Source: a virus
Taxonomy: Duplodnaviria; Heunggongvirae; Uroviricota; Caudoviricetes
Strand: one strand, 5' to 3'
Length of the DNA: 8,718 bases
Virus record (IMG/VR): IMGVR_UViG_2681813271_000005
Shown: in pieces, positions 1 to 8,718 of the stretch
How positions within the stretch are numbered: the first letter of the stretch is position 1
Layout: every line of letters starts with the position of its first letter
Notes under the pieces: generated by a model
What the model saw: the letters and a program-made list of their open reading frames with translations, nothing else
Told to the model about the DNA's origin: nothing
Database searches by the model: none
Made by a program: the position numbers and the translations under genes

Positions 1-43
1 GGTTTTTAAATAAATAAAGAAAGAAGATATTCGAGGTAACAAA

Positions 44-601
44 ATGGCATCCTTTTCAAATCAAATAAAAGTAACGAACTTTCAAATTAAAAGTACTGAA
101 CCGATCTATTCTAATCAAACATGGACAGGTCAACGTATCATGAGAAGTACTGGAATTCAATACTATCAAATTCAGTTCACCCTTAATTTTAATCCTGCAT
201 CACTAAATGAAGTGAATAGCTTTTTAGCTCAATATGCACAGGGCAAACCTTTCACTATGTCATTGGGGCTTGCAGGTACATATTACGGTAAACAGACTGG
301 TGCAGTAACCGCTACTGCTCTCACTAAACCGGGTAATATGGTTGTACCTATCAGTACTAACACATTAGCTGTGGGTGAGTGGGTACAGTTTTCCAATCAC
401 AATAAGCTATATCGAATCGTAGAACGTACCAGTACTTCAATTACTATTTTCCCTGCTCTACAAAATACAGTACAGGCAAGTGAAGCACTCAAATATAACA
501 ATCTCATGATCGAGGCTGTATTAGATCCAGACAATGATTATTCATTGCCTATTGGGAACATCATGAATATTACATTGAAAGCAACGGAGAATATCATCTA
601 A
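44..601 (+). CDS. Minor tail protein, lambda gpM-like N-terminal region with a C-terminal extension of roughly 75 aa
   Basis: ATG at 44 preceded by GAGGT (33-37) at 6-nt spacing. Residues about 40-74 (YYQIQFTLNFNPASLNEVNSFLAQYAQGKPFTMSL) resemble, from memory, the lambda gpM core (TYSVTLSVPREEATVLESFLEEHGGWKSFLW). The stop overlaps the next start (TAATG at 599-603). It is the first gene of an M-L-K-I/J-like series. Confidence 0.6.
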   Translation: MASFSNQIKVTNFQIKSTEPIYSNQTWTGQRIMRSTGIQYYQIQFTLNFNPASLNEVNSFLAQYAQGKPFTMSLGLAGTYYGKQTGAVTATALTKPGNMVVPISTNTLAVGEWVQFSNHNKLYRIVERTSTSITIFPALQNTVQASEALKYNNLMIEAVLDPDNDYSLPIGNIMNITLKATENII

Positions 602-1223
602 TGGACTCAGGTATATATACTAATGCTAATCTTCTTAAGTACTGGAAGTTAGTCAGAGGTACAACCAAGACAAGATTAACACTAATGGAAATTATGAGCT
701 TAGGCGTTAATGTTACTTGTTTTGATGTACTACCAAAAGGTACTAATGGTTTTCACTGGACGGATTCACTAATTGATATAGATCTGGATGGTTATAAGTA
801 CATAAGTTTCCCCGACATTATCAGTGGTTCATTACCTTCATATTCTGAACAAAAGGGCATGTCTAATGATGCTATCAATTTTAAAATTAGCAATGTAAAC
901 GCCTCGGTTCGTGCTCTTGCCCTTGGTGGTTTCTTGAAAGATGCACAGATGAATATCAAGTTAGTAATTCTCAATCCATATGATAGTACTGTAATTGATT
1001 CAATGCTCATGTTTACGGGGTTTATTGACTATGTACAGGCAGTAACTGATCCAAATCAGAAGCAAAACGAAATGACTATATATGTGAATTCTGTCTATAA
1101 GAAATTAGACAGACAACCTGCATTAATTGCCGCCAACTCAGTATATCAATCTTACTATAGAAATGATGAGTACTTTAGTCTGTTAGGTCAAGTTAATCAA
1201 AATCAGAACTGGAAATACAAGTA

Positions 1224-1224
<1 letters not shown>
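601..1224 (+). CDS. Minor tail protein, gpL-like by position and size only
   Basis: 207-aa ORF coupled to its neighbours by TAATG overlaps at both ends. Its position between the gpM-like and gpK/I/J-like genes matches lambda L. I could not find the lambda L C-terminal Cys cluster, so the assignment is positional. Confidence 0.45.
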
Positions 1225-4923
<3,699 letters not shown>

Positions 4924-5080
4924 TAAATAATTCAGGGATTATTAACTGTAACCTCATTTCAAAAGGATACATAAATGAAATCTAATGAACGTACTTTCAA
5001 TAGTACCAGTACTAACCCATTCAGTATTAGCGGAAAAGAAACAATTGGAATGAAGAAAAGGATTTACAGGAGTAAGAGCT

Positions 5081-5377
5081 ATGGCACAGGGATTACAATG
5101 TTGGAATGCAGCGGGTGTATTAGTAGTAGATCTGACTGATTATAACATACGTTTTATGGGTACTTATACTGTCAAGGCTACTTCTGCACAGACCTATACT
5201 GTATCAGTACCAAATATGAAAACTACAGGCTGGTTTGTACACTATGCCCCCGCCAGTGATACCTTTAATGAGTGGTCAGCCTTTTGTAATAATGGGTCAT
5301 TTACTGCGGTTTATTTGCCAACATATGCACCGTTAGCTGGTAACTACACTTTTAACGTATATAAGTGGACGGCGTAA
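5081..5377 (+). CDS. Hypothetical protein; paralog of the next gene at its N-terminus; possible tail-tip accessory protein
   Basis: 98-aa ORF with AGGAG (5068-5072) 8 nt before the ATG. The N-terminus MAQGLQCWNAAGVLVVDLTD aligns with MA-GFEVYNSAGALTIDSTN of the next ORF. It lies immediately downstream of the J-like gene. Confidence 0.55.
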   Translation: MAQGLQCWNAAGVLVVDLTDYNIRFMGTYTVKATSAQTYTVSVPNMKTTGWFVHYAPASDTFNEWSAFCNNGSFTAVYLPTYAPLAGNYTFNVYKWTA

Positions 5378-5378
5378 G

Positions 5379-6035
5379 ATGGCAGGTTTCGAGGTATATA
5401 ATTCAGCGGGTGCACTGACTATAGATAGTACTAACAAGTCGATAATGACGGGTGCAGTAAAGGCCATGGGAAATCTAACTGATACGGGATACTACACAGG
5501 CTTTACCTGTGCCTTCGGTAATGGTGGATCGCTCGGTTTCGTTATGCCATCAGTAGTAGCTAACAGGAACACAACACAGTACTGGTTCCAGATACAGAAA
5601 GACGGGGCATGGTGTTTCCCTGGTGCCTATATGTTCCAGCCTGGCATGGGCAGGTTCATGACAAGTAGTCACACGGCTACCCCCACATCTGGTTTTCTTG
5701 ATGTGTTCAGTGAAGAAGGTACTTTAATCTGGTCTGCTGCATCAGCGGCAACAATGCCACGTATCAGGGGATTTTTGACAGCACCTGCGGCTACCGATCT
5801 CAGTACTGCCATTACGGTAACGTCTCCAGTAGCTGATCCCTGGTTCTGCTGGTCACAATGTCCGGGGAACATATCAGATGATGGTACAGTAATTGGGTAC
5901 TCTGGTCTGGTTATCAGGCGTAATTCCAGTACTTCATTCAGTCTACAGTACGTTTCAAAGAACCAGAAAACCTACCGCCAGGCAATGGGGAATAATGGTA
6001 TCCAGATAGCATTGGCGACATTTACAGGGTATTAA
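5379..6035 (+). CDS. Hypothetical protein; paralog of the previous gene at its N-terminus; Cys-containing; possible receptor-binding or tail accessory protein
   Basis: 218-aa ORF starting 1 nt after the stop of the previous gene. It shares the N-terminal motif G[LF]xx[WY]N[AS]AG[AV]L[TV][VI]D[LS]T[DN] with that gene. Contains four Cys, including FCWSQCPG. Confidence 0.55.
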   Translation: MAGFEVYNSAGALTIDSTNKSIMTGAVKAMGNLTDTGYYTGFTCAFGNGGSLGFVMPSVVANRNTTQYWFQIQKDGAWCFPGAYMFQPGMGRFMTSSHTATPTSGFLDVFSEEGTLIWSAASAATMPRIRGFLTAPAATDLSTAITVTSPVADPWFCWSQCPGNISDDGTVIGYSGLVIRRNSSTSFSLQYVSKNQKTYRQAMGNNGIQIALATFTGY

Positions 6036-6036
6036 T

Positions 6037-6078
6037 ACAATAACAATAACAATAACAATAACAATAACAATAACAACA
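6037..6078. repeat. Hexanucleotide tandem repeat (ACAATA)x6 plus one imperfect unit (ACAACA)
   Basis: Read directly from the sequence: six perfect ACAATA units at 6037-6072 and ACAACA at 6073-6078. It sits between the stop of the 5379-6035 gene and the AAGGGA ribosome-binding site of the 6092 gene. Confidence 0.9.
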
Positions 6079-6091
6079 AAGGGATTTCAGT

Positions 6092-6364
6092 ATGGATATC
6101 GGTGCTATTTTAGCTCTTGTTATTTCTGGATGCGTATTCCTTTATACTATCTTTAGAGATAATACAAAGGATACGAATGATCTATTAACTCGCGTTGCTA
6201 CTCTTGAAACTACCATTGCTGTACTGGAAAGTAGTATTTCCCGTATTGAGGATGATCAGGATAAGATGAGAGATACACTAAGTAAACTGGAAACACAAAT
6301 CCATGAACTTGATGTTAAGATTGAAAGGATTATTGCAATTCTTCAGCAGAAACAACGACCATAA
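6092..6364 (+). CDS. Small membrane-anchored coiled-coil protein (one N-terminal TM helix); candidate lysis regulator, spanin-like or superinfection-exclusion protein
   Basis: 90-aa ORF with AAGGGA (6079-6084) 7 nt upstream. The N-terminus IGAILALVISGCVFLYTIF is a hydrophobic helix of about 20 aa. The rest is charged with heptad-like periodicity (LETTIAVLESSISRIEDDQDKMRDTLSKLETQIHELDVKIERIIAILQ). It ends at the bidirectional terminator and is convergent with the lysozyme gene. Confidence 0.55.
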   Translation: MDIGAILALVISGCVFLYTIFRDNTKDTNDLLTRVATLETTIAVLESSISRIEDDQDKMRDTLSKLETQIHELDVKIERIIAILQQKQRP

Positions 6365-6365
6365 A

Positions 6366-6402
6366 AAAAGGCATAGTATGTCATTCGTACTATGCCTTTT
6401 CT
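6366..6402. terminator. Bidirectional rho-independent terminator
   Basis: Perfect 9-bp stem GGCATAGTA (6370-6378) / TACTATGCC (6388-6396) with a 9-nt loop. An A-run (6363-6369) lies upstream and a T-rich tract (6397-6415) downstream, so it works on both strands. It sits between convergent genes, with the - strand stop codon at 6403-6405. Confidence 0.8.
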
Positions 6403-6852
6403 TTATTTGTTTTTAAGTACTGCAATCATGGAATTCACACGGTTTGGTGTCTGCCTGTACCATAGAGAACACTTAGCCTGTTTAATTGCTTCAAGGTAAT
6501 CATGTGCTTTCAGGGCTGCTAACATCTTACGGAATTTCTTCACCCCGCCAATACCTAACTGGAAGGTCATGATAATAATAAAATCATTCCAGTCATCGGG
6601 AAGATTTAACCCTAATGTCTGTACCTGCATAATTGTTTTGGCTAAATCGCGAGATAGTAACTTGTCTGCTTCGCTTTCAGTAATGCCAGTACTAAAATCT
6701 TCTCCCGCCTGAATTAAGTGACCATATCCAATAGTACTACATCCTAAACTATCAGCATATGGATAGAATTTCCCATTTCTGAAGTACTTCAAATTTGCCT
6801 GATACTCTTTAGTACCTTCATATTCTTTTAATCGTGTTTTTAAATCGCTCAT
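6403..6852 (-). CDS. Endolysin, T4 lysozyme-like (glycoside hydrolase family 24 muramidase)
   Basis: 149-aa ORF. The catalytic signature E12-G ... YAD34SLGCST40IGYGHL matches the T4 lysozyme Glu/Asp/Thr triad and the TIGxGH motif. The C-terminal SLWYRQTPNRVNSMI closely matches T4 lysozyme SRWYNQTPNRAKRVI, and MTFQLGIGGV matches MVFQMGETGV. No N-terminal hydrophobic (SAR) segment. Confidence 0.9.
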   Translation of the reverse strand: MSDLKTRLKEYEGTKEYQANLKYFRNGKFYPYADSLGCSTIGYGHLIQAGEDFSTGITESEADKLLSRDLAKTIMQVQTLGLNLPDDWNDFIIIMTFQLGIGGVKKFRKMLAALKAHDYLEAIKQAKCSLWYRQTPNRVNSMIAVLKNK

Positions 6853-6862
6853 TTACTAAATA

Positions 6863-6881
6863 CCTATAATGAATTTATAGG
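6863..6881. promoter_or_regulatory. Perfect palindrome CCTATAA-N5-TTATAGG in the 36-bp divergent intergenic region; contains a TATAAT -10-like hexamer (6865-6870); candidate operator or divergent promoter core
   Basis: Read directly: CCTATAA (6863-6869) and TTATAGG (6875-6881) are reverse complements. TATAAT sits 18 nt upstream of the ATG at 6889, with AGGA (6879-6882) as ribosome-binding site. On the - strand, TATAAA (complement of 6872-6877) lies upstream of the lysozyme start. Confidence 0.35.
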
Positions 6882-6888
6882 AATATTT

Positions 6889-7323
6889 ATGATGAGTGAA
6901 TGGAAATACTCGGATGATTGGAGCGAGGAGGAAATGTTATCCGGTGAATATGCTGGTTTCGTTTATATCTTTCAGTTTGAGGATGGTTCTAATTATGTCG
7001 GTGCTAAGCAAATCTATCAGCGGGTTAAGGATGCGAGAAAGCTAAAGCCCACTTCAAAGGAAAATGGCTGGCGTGAGTACCTCAGTAGTTCCAATGTCGT
7101 TAAAAACAAAATTGAAAATGGTGAACAGTACTCAAAAACGATTCTATGGTGCTTCGCAACTATGCGAGAGGTAATGATTGTAGAGGCAATACTGATCCTT
7201 CATCAGATGCTTAAACCGGAATGTTTGAATCTGGCAATGATGAGTAAGATTAGATCACCAAATGCAAAGGATAAAAAAAGACTACTCGGAATAGTACAGG
7301 AACTATTGGAGTACTTGAATTGA
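6889..7323 (+). CDS. GIY-YIG family nuclease, short free-standing catalytic domain (homing-endonuclease-like)
   Basis: 144-aa ORF. AGFVYIFQFEDGSNYVGAKQIYQRVKDAR matches the GIY-(10-11 aa)-YVG motif plus the conserved Arg, as in I-TevI SGIYQIKNTLNNKVYVGSAKDFEKRWKRH. A downstream MREVMIVEAI is consistent with the conserved catalytic Glu helix. There is no long C-terminal DNA-binding domain. Confidence 0.7.
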   Translation: MMSEWKYSDDWSEEEMLSGEYAGFVYIFQFEDGSNYVGAKQIYQRVKDARKLKPTSKENGWREYLSSSNVVKNKIENGEQYSKTILWCFATMREVMIVEAILILHQMLKPECLNLAMMSKIRSPNAKDKKRLLGIVQELLEYLN

Positions 7324-7332
7324 GGTAAATAT

Positions 7333-7911
7333 ATGGCAAGTGGAATAAATGGGATTGGTAGTATAAGGAACTATATACAAACGCAGGGAGTTAGATTAAA
7401 TAATCAATTCCAGAATGAAATAATTAAACGTTCCAAGCTACTATCCCAAAGAATGCAGGGTGATTTGAATAATAGCGTTGACCGTGGGGCAGTGGGCTTT
7501 ACTCAACGTTCCATCCTTTTCTTCTATAGAAAGGTTGGGAGAAATTCAGTTACATCGACCATCATGGTTAAAGATATTCAGGCTAAGTACCTTTATCAAG
7601 TACTGGTACAGCCAAAGGCAATTGATAAGTTTATACCTACTTCATCTACAAGATTAACTAAGCAGGGCAACATTTCAGGACTGAAAAAGAATCTTTTAAG
7701 TGAACGATATAAGGTAGTGAAGGGTAAGAATGGTAAAGAACGATTAATTGATACCGCAAAGAAAGATACCAAGAAGAAAACCAAACGTGTAATTGGCTTA
7801 CGTGAGAAGAAACAACGTCGCCTTATCTATGACTTCTATAAGGAAGCCAATGATGGTGTAAGGGTAATTATGAGCGGTATTCAGGGAACATTCAGGATAA
7901 GTAGACAATGA
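7333..7911 (+). CDS. Hypothetical protein with a strongly basic Lys/Arg-rich C-terminal region; possible nucleic-acid-binding protein
   Basis: 192-aa ORF with GAGGT (7322-7326) 6 nt before the ATG. Lys/Arg-rich tract KGKNGKERLIDTAKKDTKKKTKRVIGLREKKQRR. The stop overlaps the next start (ATGA at 7908). Confidence 0.5.
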   Translation: MASGINGIGSIRNYIQTQGVRLNNQFQNEIIKRSKLLSQRMQGDLNNSVDRGAVGFTQRSILFFYRKVGRNSVTSTIMVKDIQAKYLYQVLVQPKAIDKFIPTSSTRLTKQGNISGLKKNLLSERYKVVKGKNGKERLIDTAKKDTKKKTKRVIGLREKKQRRLIYDFYKEANDGVRVIMSGIQGTFRISRQ

Positions 7912-8219
7912 ATTTTGAGCAACATTATGGTGATTTAATAAGCAAGATTAAGCTAAATGGCATGACACCAGATGGTAATAGTATGCCAATTAACAAATGT
8001 TTTCTTGATAAGAAATTTCAAAAGGTCGTTAAGAAAAGTAATTATCAGATTGATAGCTATATGAACGTTATTTATGAGAAGAAGAAAGATTTCAAAGTTG
8101 GTGAAGTACTTGAATGGGAATTACAGGGTGAAAAGATGCCTGTATTTCTAATTGAGAGTAAAAAGCTCTTTGTGAAGGGTAAACATTTTTGGGTATATGC
8201 CGTGGGGATTATTGAATGA
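7908..8219 (+). CDS. Hypothetical protein
   Basis: 103-aa ORF coupled by ATGA overlaps to the upstream gene (7908) and the downstream gene (8216). No recognisable motif. Confidence 0.45.
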   Translation: MNFEQHYGDLISKIKLNGMTPDGNSMPINKCFLDKKFQKVVKKSNYQIDSYMNVIYEKKKDFKVGEVLEWELQGEKMPVFLIESKKLFVKGKHFWVYAVGIIE

Positions 8220-8249
8220 TTAGTATATTGATTGAGTTTCTGAAGTCAG
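8216..8249 (+). CDS. 5' end of a hypothetical gene, truncated by the assembly gap
   Basis: ATG at 8216 overlaps the previous stop (ATGA). Only 11 codons (MISILIEFLKS) are readable before the N-run; the rest of the tracked ORF is X. Confidence 0.25.
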
Positions 8250-8565
8250 NNNNNNNNNNNNNNNNNNNNNNNNNNNNNNNNNNNNNNNNNNNNNNNNNNN
8301 NNNNNNNNNNNNNNNNNNNNNNNNNNNNNNNNNNNNNNNNNNNNNNNNNNNNNNNNNNNNNNNNNNNNNNNNNNNNNNNNNNNNNNNNNNNNNNNNNNNN
8401 NNNNNNNNNNNNNNNNNNNNNNNNNNNNNNNNNNNNNNNNNNNNNNNNNNNNNNNNNNNNNNNNNNNNNNNNNNNNNNNNNNNNNNNNNNNNNNNNNNNN
8501 NNNNNNNNNNNNNNNNNNNNNNNNNNNNNNNNNNNNNNNNNNNNNNNNNNNNNNNNNNNNNNNNN
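8250..8565. other. Assembly gap (run of N)
   Basis: 316 consecutive N characters read directly from the sequence. Its true length and content are unknown. Confidence 0.99.
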
Positions 8566-8639
8566 TTGGTGGAAGCTGAAAGATTTTTCCTTTAATATGT
8601 GTTTTGAGTTAATAAAATAGCAATCTAAGGATTTGATTT

Positions 8640-8718
8640 ATGAGTGATGCAATTACTACAGCAGCAATAAAAAAATTGTATGGACTATCCGCTGGGCAAT
8701 GTAATATTTGCCGAACTT
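8640..8718 (+). CDS. 5' end of a hypothetical gene running off the window; contains a C-x2-C motif
   Basis: ATG at 8640 with AAGGA (8627-8631) 8 nt upstream. It translates MSDAITTAAIKKLYGLSAGQCNICRT with no stop before the window ends. The CNIC motif could begin a zinc-binding or HNH-type domain, but the fragment is too short to say. Confidence 0.35.
   Translation, partial: MSDAITTAAIKKLYGLSAGQCNICRT

Noticed and set aside
792-1010. 72-aa ORF on the - strand inside the 601-1224 gene
   Set aside because: Fully antisense to a well-supported, translationally coupled tail gene, with no ribosome-binding site or motif. Most likely a chance frame.
5081-5440. Considered a diversity-generating retroelement (template/variable repeat pair) because of DNA similarity between the starts of the two paralogs
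   Set aside because: The similarity is short and at the N-termini rather than in a C-terminal variable region, shows no adenine-specific mismatch pattern, and no reverse transcriptase gene is in the window.
5669-5872. 67-aa - strand ORF inside the 5379-6035 gene
   Set aside because: Antisense to a coupled + strand gene with no start context. Considered a chance frame.
6037-6078. Considered whether the tandem repeat is a CRISPR array
   Set aside because: The unit is 6 nt with no spacers, which is far too short for CRISPR repeats. It is a simple microsatellite.
6092-6160. Considered a lipoprotein signal peptide (ISGC resembles a lipobox) in the 90-aa protein
   Set aside because: The N-region is acidic (MD) rather than basic, and the hydrophobic stretch continues well past the Cys (VFLYTIF). 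This is more consistent with a single TM anchor than a cleaved lipoprotein signal.
7596-7784. 62-aa - strand ORF inside the 7333-7911 gene
   Set aside because: Antisense, and its translation is dominated by Phe/Leu codons, which are the complement of the Lys-rich sense frame. Chance frame.

Overview
This window reads as the late region of a tailed phage or prophage with a lambda-type siphovirus tail tip, in an AT-rich genome. Four translationally coupled + strand genes (44-4923) form a minor-tail / tail-tip module in lambda M-L-K-(I)J order, ending in a 1100-aa gpJ-like central tail fibre whose N-terminus carries a gpI-like glycine-rich hydrophobic segment. Downstream are two small paralogous genes of unknown function, a hexanucleotide microsatellite, a small membrane-anchored coiled-coil protein, and a bidirectional terminator. 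A T4-lysozyme-like endolysin is encoded alone on the - strand (6403-6852), followed across a 36-bp divergent region by a short GIY-YIG nuclease and a chain of overlapping unknown genes on the + strand. An N-run (8250-8565) is an assembly gap. All assignments come from reading motifs in the supplied translations; no database search was run. The most unusual points are the I-J fusion, the paralog pair after J, the orphan reverse-oriented lysozyme and the uncharacterised genes beyond the nuclease.
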